This document shows, piece after piece, positions 29,433 to 39,248 of a DNA stretch of 64,000 bases. The DNA is taken from NCBI GenBank assembly GCA_902523435.1, contig CABYZM010000001.1, positions 22,354-86,353 of the forward strand, given 5' to 3'. Position numbers and translations under genes: made by a program. Positions within the stretch are counted from its first letter, which is position 1. The number at the start of each line of letters is the position of its first letter. The notes below the pieces were generated by a model that was not told the origin of the DNA, did not search any database, and saw nothing but the letters and a program-made list of their open reading frames with translations. The DNA comes from an uncultured SAR116 cluster alpha proteobacterium. Lineage in GTDB: Bacteria > Pseudomonadota > Alphaproteobacteria > Puniceispirillales > Puniceispirillaceae.

Positions 29433-30236
29433 ATGGAACGACTTCTGCTAACAGGCGCTGCTGGAAGTATTGGCTCAGTTTTGCGTAAAAAACTTGCACC
29501 GCTAGCGGAAATTTTGCGTGTATCTGACATTAATGATTTGGGTGATGCAGCCCCAAATGAAGAGATCGTTTACTGCGACCTAAGTAAAGAAGATGATGTT
29601 TATAAACTTGTGAAGGGCTGTAATGGCATTGTTCATTTTGGAGGCATTTCAATAGAAAAATCCTGGTCTTCAATTTGCCCCGCCAACATTGAGGGCGTGT
29701 ACAATCTATATGAAGCAGCAAGAAAAACAGGTTGCACACGCATCCTGTTTGCCAGCTCGAACCATGCTGTAGGCTTTTATAAACAGACAGATTATCTTGA
29801 TGATAAAGCCCTGCCGCGTCCAGATGGTCTTTATGGCGTCTCGAAGGTTTTTGGTGAAGCTATTGCCAGTCTTTATTATGATAAATTTGGGATAGAAACA
29901 GCAATAGTGCGGATCGGTTCCTGTTTTCCGGAGCCAAAAAATCATAGAATGATGGCGACCTGGATGTCTTATGACGATTTCACCGCCTTAATTGACTGCA
30001 TTTTCAACATATCACAACTTGGCTGCCCTATTATTTACGGTATTTCAGATAATGATGGAAAATGGTGGGACAATTCGGGAACCGCCTATCTCGGTTGGCA
30101 ACCAAAAGATAATGGGCGGAATTTTCAAGAATCTCTGGATAAAAGAATGGAACGCCCCAAGCCCGACGCGCCTGACGCTGTCTATCAGGGTGGTTATTTT
30201 ACAATTGATCCGATATACGCTTCCGAAGATGACTAA
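29433..30236 (+). CDS. udh: Uronate dehydrogenase (extended SDR)
   Basis: TGAAG, H.GG.S.E, ASSNH..G, RPD.LYG.SK, RIGSCF.EP, RM.ATW.S, WWDN, YQGG. Confidence 0.82.
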   Translation: MERLLLTGAAGSIGSVLRKKLAPLAEILRVSDINDLGDAAPNEEIVYCDLSKEDDVYKLVKGCNGIVHFGGISIEKSWSSICPANIEGVYNLYEAARKTGCTRILFASSNHAVGFYKQTDYLDDKALPRPDGLYGVSKVFGEAIASLYYDKFGIETAIVRIGSCFPEPKNHRMMATWMSYDDFTALIDCIFNISQLGCPIIYGISDNDGKWWDNSGTAYLGWQPKDNGRNFQESLDKRMERPKPDAPDAVYQGGYFTIDPIYASEDD

Positions 30237-30421
30237 ACATAAGGGTGTAACCGCCTTTGCATGAAAATGGGAATAAGGTGCAGGACAGCCTGAAATATTA
30301 TTTTCCTAGCCAACGGATGCCGGAGGAGGGTTTTAGCCCGGGCAGACAAAGAATGTGACATGCGTATTGATATGCTAAAAATTACTGTGACCAACAGAAT
30401 TGATAGGAGCACTTTCAGCAT
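30233..30421 (-). CDS. Small hypothetical membrane-anchored basic protein (62 aa)
   Basis: AAGGGGG RBS just before ATG; hydrophobic N-terminus, Arg/Lys-rich remainder; fills the intergenic gap. Confidence 0.45.
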   Translation of the reverse strand: MLKVLLSILLVTVIFSISIRMSHSLSARAKTLLRHPLARKIIFQAVLHLIPIFMQRRLHPYV

Positions 30422-30549
30422 TAGCCCCCTTTTCCATTTGGTCTTGTGTTATGTTTTATTGCCAAGTTGATGATCTGCAATATATTGGTATATGCAGGGA
30501 TAGATCAACACTTTAGCTATGCGCCCTCTTATCAGAAATTGGAAACCAA

Positions 30550-31797
30550 ATGAGACCTCAAGCCTCCGTTTTTACTCCGATTTTAATTGCGGCAAGCCTT
30601 ATATTGTTCTTGAGTTTCGTTATTCGGTCAAGCTTTGGCGTCTTTCAAATACCTATTGCAGCTGACCTTGGATGGTTTAGAAGTGAATTTTCACTCGCCC
30701 TAGCAATACAAAATTTGGCTTGGGGACTGGGTACTCCTATCTTCGGAGCTATTGCTGAACGATTTGGTGATAAGCGAGCTATTCTCTTAGGAACACTTCT
30801 GTATTCTGCTGGCTTGTGCTTTAGTGCTTTTGCAATAAGTCCTTTCCAACACCAATGGCTTGAAATTTTTGTGGGGCTTGGCATTGCTGGAACAGGTTTT
30901 GGGGTTGTTTTAGGCGTTGTTGGACGCTCAGCTGCCCCTGAACAACGTTCTCTTGCACTTGGTCTGACGACGGCTGCAGGTAGCATGGGTCAAGTTTTTG
31001 GACCTCCATTTGCGCAATATCTGCTCAATTGGATGCATTGGTCTTCTGTATTTCTTGTATTCTCAGGCATGATTTTGCTTTGTTTAATCTGCCTGCCGTT
31101 TTTACGTTCAGACTACAAGGCAAGTAAAGAAGAGCTTGAAGAAACACTGTCCAGCATAATTTCACGTGCCTTGCGAGACCCAAGCTATATCATGATTTTT
31201 ATTGGTTTTTTTTCCTGTGGTTTTCAGCTAGGATTCATGACCGCGCATTTTCCTGCATTTGTAACAGAGATATGCGCCTCTATCGACGCAAACGGTCTTT
31301 TAGCTAAATTTGGTATAACAACTACAGCTGCTCTGGGCGCCGTTGCTTTAGGTGTAATCGGCGTATTTAATATTTTTGGCACCATTTCTGCCGGAGTGCT
31401 CGGAAATAGGTTCCAAAAAAAATATCTTTTAGCATTCATATATGCAGGACGAACTCTAATCTCAGCATGGTTTATTCTTGTGCCTATGACACCTTTTTCA
31501 GTTTTGGTGTTCTCTGTTGTCATGGGCTCTCTTTGGCTTGCAACTGTGCCACTAACATCTGGTTTAGTCGCTTATCTATTTGGCCTGCGGTACATGGGCA
31601 CGCTGTATGGGCTCGTATTTTTTTCACATCAGTTGGGTTCTTTTCTTGGCGTCTGGCTTGGTGGGTTTATGTATGATGTTTTTGGTTCTTATACAACCGT
31701 CTGGTGGGTAGGAATTGGCACAGGTCTAATTTCCACATTGATCCATTTGCCAATATCTGAAAAACCGCGTCCGGCGCCAGCCATTGTAGCAACGTAA
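30550..31797 (+). CDS. MFS transporter
   Basis: RSSFG.F, LAIQNL.WG, GAIAERFG, GFFSCGFQ, WL.TVP.TSG, SHQLGSF.G. Confidence 0.9.
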   Translation: MRPQASVFTPILIAASLILFLSFVIRSSFGVFQIPIAADLGWFRSEFSLALAIQNLAWGLGTPIFGAIAERFGDKRAILLGTLLYSAGLCFSAFAISPFQHQWLEIFVGLGIAGTGFGVVLGVVGRSAAPEQRSLALGLTTAAGSMGQVFGPPFAQYLLNWMHWSSVFLVFSGMILLCLICLPFLRSDYKASKEELEETLSSIISRALRDPSYIMIFIGFFSCGFQLGFMTAHFPAFVTEICASIDANGLLAKFGITTTAALGAVALGVIGVFNIFGTISAGVLGNRFQKKYLLAFIYAGRTLISAWFILVPMTPFSVLVFSVVMGSLWLATVPLTSGLVAYLFGLRYMGTLYGLVFFSHQLGSFLGVWLGGFMYDVFGSYTTVWWVGIGTGLISTLIHLPISEKPRPAPAIVAT

Positions 31798-31835
31798 ATT
31801 TTAATGCATGAGCAAGTATCAGAAAAGTATTGATA

Positions 31836-33035
31836 ATGCCCCTTAAGCTCATACTCCTTCTTGTTGGTGTCGTAGCTTTAATTCAGCCTTGTTTTGCAGC
31901 TGCTAGCACACCAGAAACTATCTGTAGGTATCTGGAGTCTGACGGCAAAAGAACCAAAATCCCTGGCGGTTATCTGAAAAAGGATGAACAAAAAGACCAG
32001 CAGATTTATTTCCGCTTTCGTCCCAATATAGACAACTGGTCTGTCGCCGTAGTTGACATTCGGGACAAAGAGAACAAGCTGCAGCTTATGGTGCGTTTGC
32101 AGCAACCTTGTAAAATCACACAAGCAAGACAGGCAGTCTATGATAGAGCTGGCAAGCTGTTATCGCTACAAACTCTGGGACCTGACTTGGTAACAGTTAC
32201 GGCAGAGGATGTTGTAAATCCAGCAGTCCCAGATGTTTATCAGGCAGTAGAAAAAAAGAACCCTTTGTTGGCAATTGCAGATACAGGAGTAAATTATCTG
32301 CTGCCAGAGATTCAGCCCCATATCGCCAGAACTGCTGATGGCAATCTTTTAGGCTATGATTTTTGGGATTTGGATGAACGGCCCTTTGATAGTGACCCCC
32401 GCCAAAATCCCTATTATCCATTTCATCACGGTACCACTGTATTTAGTGTTTTAGCTGCTGAAGCACCAGGTGAGGCAATCGCCGTCTACCGCTTTCCAGC
32501 TATCAACATGTGTCGGTATAAAGAGCTGATTAACCATGCTGTTAATGCTGGTGTGCGCGTCATGAATATTTCGATGGGGTCCAACAACATTGATGACTGG
32601 ACCTGTTTTGCCACAGCAGCTCAAAACTCCCCATCTGTTTTGTTTGTAGTATCGGCTGGTAATAACGGTCGCAACATTGATGAACAACCAGTCTATCCTG
32701 CTGCGCTATCATTGGATAATCTATTTGTTGTAAGCTCATCAGATCATTTTGGTCGCCCTGGGGCAGCTTCAAACACAGGCTCACAGCATGTCGATATCTT
32801 TGTCCCTTCTGAACAAGTATCCGTTACTGATCACAGAGGCGTGCGCACCACTACAGGTGGAACTAGCTATGCAGCGCCGCGTGTAGCCGCCCTTGCTGTC
32901 CGATATCTGCGGGCAAATCCTGACGCGGACACTCAGCAGATAATCAGTTTTCTGCAAAAACGAGCAATCAGTGGACAAGGGAATATTAGTGCTTTTGGCT
33001 GGATACCTGATCCGACAGATGATTTTGGTTTTTAG
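31836..33035 (+). CDS. Secreted subtilisin-like (S8) serine peptidase with N-terminal extension
   Basis: Signal peptide; catalytic DTG, HGT, SAGN and GTSYAAP motifs. Confidence 0.85.
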   Translation: MPLKLILLLVGVVALIQPCFAAASTPETICRYLESDGKRTKIPGGYLKKDEQKDQQIYFRFRPNIDNWSVAVVDIRDKENKLQLMVRLQQPCKITQARQAVYDRAGKLLSLQTLGPDLVTVTAEDVVNPAVPDVYQAVEKKNPLLAIADTGVNYLLPEIQPHIARTADGNLLGYDFWDLDERPFDSDPRQNPYYPFHHGTTVFSVLAAEAPGEAIAVYRFPAINMCRYKELINHAVNAGVRVMNISMGSNNIDDWTCFATAAQNSPSVLFVVSAGNNGRNIDEQPVYPAALSLDNLFVVSSSDHFGRPGAASNTGSQHVDIFVPSEQVSVTDHRGVRTTTGGTSYAAPRVAALAVRYLRANPDADTQQIISFLQKRAISGQGNISAFGWIPDPTDDFGF

Positions 33036-34186
33036 TCGGCAAAAGCTTCTTTTACAAAAGATTCAGCAAGTGGCAATGCGGCTGGATTATGCACACGCAT
33101 AAGCGCAAGAACCTCATCTGCAAATTCTTTGTCTTTTAGCATTCCAGCTGTCTGGATTCCCAGTCTTAGCGCTTGAGGATTAGATGGGTTTATCTGCAGA
33201 TAACGTTTTAAGACCGGTAGTTCTTTTTCTGGTGTTCTGTTTAGATGATAAGTCACAGCAAGGGACATCAGCGTGTTTGGACTGTCTGGATCTAATTTCT
33301 GACTGCGCAGCAAAAACTTTTCTGATTCATCAAACATCCACCATTTTCCAAACAACTGCCCTGCCTGATCATAAAGCTGTTTATTTCTCGCCTTTTTGCA
33401 GTTTGAATTTATTTTGCTGACCAAAGGCACCGGGGGATCGCGGGGGATTTGCGTCGCAAAATAAAGAGTGTCCGCGCAGATGCGAAGAGCTTTTGCCTGC
33501 TTTAAGAAGTCAGCCTGATGCTTATTATCTGTTTGGCGCATAACCGCGTTGATATGTTCCGCTGGAATTACCTCGCTCAACTTGCCATCGCCAGAAGCTA
33601 AAACACCCAACAACCGACCATGTTCATCCACGACCGCACCGCCGCTGTTTCCTGGCAAAGCTCGCGCATCAGTGTGAATACGGGCCTGTGGTAAGGTGGC
33701 TGTATCAGGATAATGTGCAAATGCTCCAGGTGTATAAATGCGAGGTCCATTACGGCCTTGATCAAACGCCACAACATAAAGCTTTTCTGATTTCTGCTGG
33801 GTGAGTTCAATTTTAAATTTTAAATCTGGCTGGCTATCCTCCATGCGAAGAAGGACCAAGTCTGCTGGAAAATCATGCGGTAATGATACAGCGGATTGAA
33901 CTTTGCCCTCGGCATTGCGGACCAAAACTCGAAGATGGTCTTCAGCAACATGACGGTTGGTGACAATCAAATCTGGTGAGATTTGAAAACCAGACGCAAC
34001 CATATTTGGGGTTTTGACACCAACAATTTTGTCTGTCCATGCACATACTTTTGCCTCTACCTTGCAAACAGGGTTGGCGGCCATCGCCGCTCCAGTGTGA
34101 TCAAAAGGAAAATACATGCCAAATAACCACAAGAGAAAGAGCGGCAAAGGCTTTGTGAATGTGCGCTTTAGCTGAGCTTTGATCAC
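33032..34186 (-). CDS. Trypsin-like (S1) serine protease with helical TPR-like C-terminus
   Basis: TNRHV, ADL, PGNSGG triad; signal-like segment after GTG 34186 (start uncertain; the frame is open to 34423). Confidence 0.75.
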   Translation of the reverse strand: MIKAQLKRTFTKPLPLFLLWLFGMYFPFDHTGAAMAANPVCKVEAKVCAWTDKIVGVKTPNMVASGFQISPDLIVTNRHVAEDHLRVLVRNAEGKVQSAVSLPHDFPADLVLLRMEDSQPDLKFKIELTQQKSEKLYVVAFDQGRNGPRIYTPGAFAHYPDTATLPQARIHTDARALPGNSGGAVVDEHGRLLGVLASGDGKLSEVIPAEHINAVMRQTDNKHQADFLKQAKALRICADTLYFATQIPRDPPVPLVSKINSNCKKARNKQLYDQAGQLFGKWWMFDESEKFLLRSQKLDPDSPNTLMSLAVTYHLNRTPEKELPVLKRYLQINPSNPQALRLGIQTAGMLKDKEFADEVLALMRVHNPAALPLAESFVKEAFAD

Positions 34187-34209
34187 AACTACTTTCAGAA
34201 CAGACCCAA

Positions 34210-34423
34210 GCTTTAAGCTCGCACACATGATGGCTAAAAAAGACCCAGCAATAAATGCCAAACGCCAGTTTTTTGTTTCCGCTTTGCCTAAAAGGCCACC
34301 AAGAATGCTACTCACGCCCATTACAAACCCATTGGCCAACATCATTGGCAACGCGGCTACAACAATCAGCATCCCGACCAAAAAAGACATGTCAAGGGAA
34401 AATTCAGCCCAGTTAATCTGCAT
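34210..34423 (-). pseudogene. Truncated, degenerate YeeE/YedE sulfur-compound transporter N-terminus, in frame with the protease
   Basis: MQINW.EF....S...GMLI..AA..MMLANG..MG.S.ILGGLL.....WRLAF..G resembles the YeeE N-terminus; starts right after a persulfide dioxygenase gene; conserved Cys-containing C-terminal half absent. Confidence 0.65.
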
Positions 34424-34426
34424 GCC

Positions 34427-35296
34427 TCACCCTTTTAATCCAGACACCGGGACTTTCAAATAAATCTCGCCGTTCTCTTCGCTTGGCGGCATATTGCCAG
34501 CACGCATATTCACCTGAATAGAGGGTATAATCAGACGGGGCATAGACAGGCTCGCATCACGTGCCTCACGCATTGCAGCAAAATCATCTTCACTGATATT
34601 GCCTCCAATATGGATATTTTTTTGCCTCTGTTCCCCCACTGTCGTTTGCCAAGCTACCTTTCGGCCGTCTGGCATATAGTCATGACACACAAACAGACGT
34701 GTTGTATCAGGTAAAGCAAGAATTTTTTGAATTGAACGATACAATATCCGGGCATCGCCACCTGGAAAATCAGCGCGGGCCGTCCCACCGTCAGGCATAA
34801 ATAATGTATCCCCAACAAAAACTGCATCCCCAATTATGTGGGCCATACAAGCTGGAGTGTGACCCGGCGTGTGAATAGCCCTTCCAGAAAAGTGCCCAAG
34901 TTGATAGCTGTCATTATCACCCAGAAGTCTATCAAATTGACTGCCATCACGCTCAAACTCAGTGCCAGCATTGAAAACCTTGCCAAAAATTTTCTGTACC
35001 TCTGTAATTTCTCTTGAAATCATCAGCTGTCCACCGACCTTGTCCTGCAAATATGGAGCCGCAGATAAGTGGTCAGCATGAACATGCGTTTCAATATGCC
35101 AGACAACATCAAGGCCAAGTTTCTGAACATAAGCTAAAATCTGATCTGCCATGTCATAGCTAATTGCCCCTGACGCATAATCAAAATCAAGAACGGAATC
35201 GATTACAGCACTCTGTTTGCTATACTGGTCAAAGACCACATAGCTGATGGTATGACTGTTTGGGTCAAAAAACCCCTTTACCTGCGGAACTGACAT
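34427..35296 (-). CDS. MBL-fold persulfide dioxygenase (Pdo/Blh-like)
   Basis: IDSVLDFD, ETHVHADHLSAA, TPGHTPAC, GDTLFMPDGGTARADFPGG, CHDY, R.ARD..L.MP.LI.PS.QVNMRAG. Confidence 0.88.
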   Translation of the reverse strand: MSVPQVKGFFDPNSHTISYVVFDQYSKQSAVIDSVLDFDYASGAISYDMADQILAYVQKLGLDVVWHIETHVHADHLSAAPYLQDKVGGQLMISREITEVQKIFGKVFNAGTEFERDGSQFDRLLGDNDSYQLGHFSGRAIHTPGHTPACMAHIIGDAVFVGDTLFMPDGGTARADFPGGDARILYRSIQKILALPDTTRLFVCHDYMPDGRKVAWQTTVGEQRQKNIHIGGNISEDDFAAMREARDASLSMPRLIIPSIQVNMRAGNMPPSEENGEIYLKVPVSGLKG

Positions 35297-35469
35297 TCTT
35301 CCTTGCACGACCTATTTTGAAGCAAAGTTTTAAAATATTACCGCGTCACAACTAAGGAAACAAGACCGCATCAATTAAAACAGATGGACCAACCTGAAGG
35401 ACAAGATGTCTGCACTATGGACGCGCTTACGGAGGACAGTTAGAGTATATCCAGTGATGTTTTTTTGAC

Positions 35470-36276
35470 ATGGATGAAGCCAAGATGGCCTTCTCAAAGC
35501 CCAGAATACTGCCGCAAATAATGGTTGCCCCAAACGGGGCACGCCGCACAATAGCAGATCATCCGGCTATACCCATTACAATCGAACAAATCGTTACCAC
35601 AGCCGCATCGTGTTATGAAGCGGGCGCAGGTGCGATGCATTTTCATGTTCGCGACAATGAACAACAACATGTTCTTGACGCTGGCCTTTATATAGAAGCC
35701 CTTGCTGAGCTGGCTATTGCCGTCCCAGAAATGCATCTTCAAATTACAACTGAGAGTGTGGGACGCTACAGTCCTCAAGATATGCGCGCCCTCGCTTATG
35801 AGGTTATGCCACCAGGAATTTCAATTGGGATAATTGAAATGATTCCCGATGGTCAGCCGACCTCAGATGATATTAAGCTATATAAAACCCTTTATGAAGC
35901 TGGAACACGCATTCAACATATCTGCTATTTTCCAGATCATTTAGACATCGTGCGGCAAATTATCGACGAGGCAGATTTGCCAGAGGATGATATATGGTGT
36001 CTTTTCACAATAGGACATTATTCAGGACGGGTCAGCAAACCTGAACTGATAGAACACTTTTTAGAGAAATTGAAAAGTCTGAAAATGTCTCCGGAATGGT
36101 CCATCTGCGCATTTGCCGAACAGGAACAAATCTGCCTTCAAAAGGCTGTGTCACTTGGCGGGAAAGTGCGTGTGGGATTTGAAAATTCGCTGTTTATGCC
36201 AAATGGAACAATTGCTGAAAACAATGCAGAACGAGTGACTGCGGCACGCACACTTTTTGAGCGCGAAATTCAATAA
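35470..36276 (+). CDS. Beta-keto acid cleavage enzyme family (BKACE/DUF849)
   Basis: MVAPNGAR...DHP..P, GA...HFHVRD, QITTE, GG.VRVGFEN. Confidence 0.85.
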   Translation: MDEAKMAFSKPRILPQIMVAPNGARRTIADHPAIPITIEQIVTTAASCYEAGAGAMHFHVRDNEQQHVLDAGLYIEALAELAIAVPEMHLQITTESVGRYSPQDMRALAYEVMPPGISIGIIEMIPDGQPTSDDIKLYKTLYEAGTRIQHICYFPDHLDIVRQIIDEADLPEDDIWCLFTIGHYSGRVSKPELIEHFLEKLKSLKMSPEWSICAFAEQEQICLQKAVSLGGKVRVGFENSLFMPNGTIAENNAERVTAARTLFEREIQ

Positions 36277-36301
36277 TCGTTTAAGTGAGCTGACAAAATT
36301 C

Positions 36302-36529
36302 ATGATAGGTAAACTGATCATTTTATGTATTGGACTTGTGGCACTATGGGCTGGTGCCAACCGTATTGGCAGGGCTTTAGGCTTAAAATCTTTCATTAAA
36401 GTAAAAGAGGAAAAACAAACCACGAAACCCTTTTTTTCAGTAGCTGGATTTGAAATCACACGCTTTGAAGCTATCATGACAGTGCTTGTTGGTTTATATC
36501 TATTGTGGGGATTAACTCAAGTTCTTTAA
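36302..36529 (+). CDS. Small hypothetical membrane protein (2 TM)
   Basis: ATG at 36302; two hydrophobic stretches flanking a basic loop. Confidence 0.55.
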   Translation: MIGKLIILCIGLVALWAGANRIGRALGLKSFIKVKEEKQTTKPFFSVAGFEITRFEAIMTVLVGLYLLWGLTQVL

Positions 36530-36573
36530 AGAGAGTAATATAAATCGGCATTCAACTAGGGTTTTTGAAAAAT

Positions 36574-36879
36574 ATGACACAATTTGATTGGCTGGAATGG
36601 GCTGTTGTACTTTTGGGAATTGGTCTCTTTATTTTAGGGGGCCTTTTGATGCAGGTTCTGGGTGAAACCGAGCGACAAAAGCAATACGTCGACACTCACG
36701 CTCATCAGTTAAAACGATTAACGGGTTTGGTTCGTCATTTAGAAACTCAAAATAAAGAGCTTCTTGGACAAAAATCTGAAGATGACGAAGTTAATGAAGA
36801 TGAAAATGATAATGAAGAAAAAGATAGCGACGAAACCACTACTCTTGATGACTTGTTGAACAAAACGGAGAAAACCTAG
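36574..36879 (+). CDS. Small hypothetical protein: single TM, coiled coil, acidic tail
   Basis: N-terminal TM, heptad-like segment, D/E-rich C-terminus. Confidence 0.6.
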   Translation: MTQFDWLEWAVVLLGIGLFILGGLLMQVLGETERQKQYVDTHAHQLKRLTGLVRHLETQNKELLGQKSEDDEVNEDENDNEEKDSDETTTLDDLLNKTEKT

Positions 36880-37009
36880 TCACATAAAAACTAGGCTTTC
36901 CAAGCTGCAAATTCTTTCTGGAAAACAAAAATTAAAACCGTAAATCATTCAGTTTTGAGCGCAGTCAAATGTCCGTTCGCGCCCAGAATAACAAAAGATT
37001 ACCCTGCAA

Positions 37010-38194
37010 ATGATTTCCTATTTAAGAAACAAAACCGTGAACGACCTGTTCATAAATATCAGCCATTTTCTTGATCATTTCATTATGCTGATTTTTGCGA
37101 AAGCTGCTTATGATGCTGGCCGGCATTTTGGTGTGAGCTATGAACAGATTATTAGCTATGGCACATTAGGGCTTGTCTTGTTTGGCGCCTGCGCGCCAAT
37201 TTCTGCTAGACTAGCAGACCGCTATTCGCGTTCACTTATGATGGTTGTGTACCATTTTGGGATAGGTGTGGCAGCTATCTTAACTTCCTTTGCACAATCG
37301 CTAATTGGAGTGATGATGGGCCTTGCCCTCATTGGGGGTTTTGCCTCTATTTATCATCCAGTTGGCATTGCCATATTACTAAAACAGAATGAGAAGATCG
37401 GATTTCGATTGGGCATAAACGGTGTCTTTGGCAATATGGGGGTGGCCTTTGCGCCGCTCATTATTGGCTTAATTCTGTTATTTGATGATTGGCACATGGG
37501 CTTTATGCTATCAGGCTTGTTCTGTTTGGGCTACGGATTGATTTTTGTTGCTAATTTGAAAACCGAGGATGATAGTCAACCGACACAATCAGCAAAAACA
37601 AACAAATATGGCTTTGTTGACGGATGGCCCCGCGCTCTACTTGCATTAGCTCTAATAACCTCGGCTGGAGGCTTTATCTTTGGGGGCATGACCTTTCTTG
37701 TTCCGCGATACTTTGAGCTTGAAATGCAAAACTTGACCACATCTGTTGCTATCACAGGTTTATTGGCCTCGATTGTGTATGCTATCGCCTCCTTCGCGCA
37801 AATTGGTGTGGGTTGGCTAATTGACAGAATATCCGCTAAGACAGTGCTGCTATGCGTGGCGGTTGGACAAGTTGTCTTTGTTTTTCTGGCCGCTTCTTTT
37901 TCTGACCTGTCCCTGCTGTTTTTTATGATCATTGCCATGTCCTTTGTCTTTGGTCAGATCCCTATAACCGACGCTGTGATGTCGCGCTATGTACCTGACA
38001 GCTGGCGGGGCCAAATTCTGAGTATAAAATTCCTATTAAACTTATGCATTGGCGCTTCTGTTCTGCCGCTTAGTAGCTTTATGCTGCAGACAGGTTATCA
38101 GATGTCAGACCTATTTTCCGTGATGAGTATGATTGCCTGTCTTATTTTTCTTTCTGCGTTTATCCTCCCAAGCTTACATAAAAATACAGCTTAA
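37010..38194 (+). CDS. MFS transporter
   Basis: H.LDH, LADRYSR, ASIYHPVG, GINGVFGN.G, GWLIDR. Confidence 0.88.
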   Translation: MISYLRNKTVNDLFINISHFLDHFIMLIFAKAAYDAGRHFGVSYEQIISYGTLGLVLFGACAPISARLADRYSRSLMMVVYHFGIGVAAILTSFAQSLIGVMMGLALIGGFASIYHPVGIAILLKQNEKIGFRLGINGVFGNMGVAFAPLIIGLILLFDDWHMGFMLSGLFCLGYGLIFVANLKTEDDSQPTQSAKTNKYGFVDGWPRALLALALITSAGGFIFGGMTFLVPRYFELEMQNLTTSVAITGLLASIVYAIASFAQIGVGWLIDRISAKTVLLCVAVGQVVFVFLAASFSDLSLLFFMIIAMSFVFGQIPITDAVMSRYVPDSWRGQILSIKFLLNLCIGASVLPLSSFMLQTGYQMSDLFSVMSMIACLIFLSAFILPSLHKNTA

Positions 38195-38212
38195 TATCAT
38201 GGTCGTAATTTC

Positions 38213-39169
38213 ATGATGTTCTTAATAAAATGCCTTAGCTTTTTGGGTAAACATGCCCGTTTATGTCTTCCGATTGGCCTTTGCATCGCACTTATTTTAC
38301 CTGACCTTGGGGATCAGGTCAGGGATATGGTGCCGTTAGTGATCATAATTATATACGCATCAGCAATGATAAGACTGGATCTGGGCATCGCAATAAGGGG
38401 AGCTGTTCAACCTCGTCGTATTCTCCAAAGTCTTGGCCTTAGCCTTGTGATCCTTATCCTGATTCCCTGTCTGTTTGTTTTCACCGCTCGCAGTCTTGGA
38501 CTTGCAGAAATGTTCATACCTGTTCTGGTCTGGTATGCTGTTGCTCCGCCTATTGCCTCAACAGTTTGGATGTGTCTTCTGCTTGGGTTCAGACCTATTT
38601 TAGCAATGGAACTGGTTGCTATGACCAGCCTTATTGCCCCTTTATCCGGCCCATTTGTCAGTAGCTTGTTTTTATCTAATATCGTCTCAATTGATCCCAT
38701 TGGTCTGTTAACACGTTTGGCATTGATGATTGTAATTGGCAGCGGACTTGCCTTGCTAGGACAACGGCTTATCAGCAGAAAAAAAATTGAAGAACATCAT
38801 ACTGTTTTTGACGGCATTTCAACGTGCGCGATGCTGATTTTTCTCATTCCTGTATTCAACGGTGTCAGCTCACAGATATCCATTTCGCCTGTTCTTGCTT
38901 ATCAGCTTCTAGCGCTAGCGGTCTTCATGAATTTTGGCAGTCAACTCTTCATGATGGTGCTTGCCATTTTTTTGCGCGCTAAGCAGGCAAAGGACACACT
39001 AAAAGTAATGGCTGTTATAGCTGGCAATCGAAATGTAGGCTTGTATTATGCGGCCCTTCCTTATGACCCGGTGATGGGCTTGTTCACAGCTATGTACCAG
39101 GTACCGCTCTATCTGACACCACTTTTCTTAGGTTGGTTAAACAGAACACAAAAAATACCCAAGAAATAA
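38213..39169 (+). CDS. Bile acid:sodium symporter/Acr3-like membrane transporter
   Basis: About 9-10 TM segments; APP, GNRN.GL and YQ.P.YLTP motifs. Confidence 0.65.
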   Translation: MMFLIKCLSFLGKHARLCLPIGLCIALILPDLGDQVRDMVPLVIIIIYASAMIRLDLGIAIRGAVQPRRILQSLGLSLVILILIPCLFVFTARSLGLAEMFIPVLVWYAVAPPIASTVWMCLLLGFRPILAMELVAMTSLIAPLSGPFVSSLFLSNIVSIDPIGLLTRLALMIVIGSGLALLGQRLISRKKIEEHHTVFDGISTCAMLIFLIPVFNGVSSQISISPVLAYQLLALAVFMNFGSQLFMMVLAIFLRAKQAKDTLKVMAVIAGNRNVGLYYAALPYDPVMGLFTAMYQVPLYLTPLFLGWLNRTQKIPKK

Positions 39170-39248
39170 TTTCATTAATACTCAACGAGTCTGTTGAGTG
39201 CATCGATTAATTTTTTTAATTCAACGACATTTTGATTGAATAGGAGAA

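Noticed and set aside
30240-30350. Cobalamin-riboswitch-like words (GGGAA..GGTG, CAACGG, AGCCCGG.CAGAC)
   Set aside because: Core elements (AAxTCC, GCCCCC, GCCACTG, closing ACC) are missing, the downstream MFS gene is not B12-related, and a minus-strand ORF explains the sequence. An Infernal scan with RF00174 would settle it.
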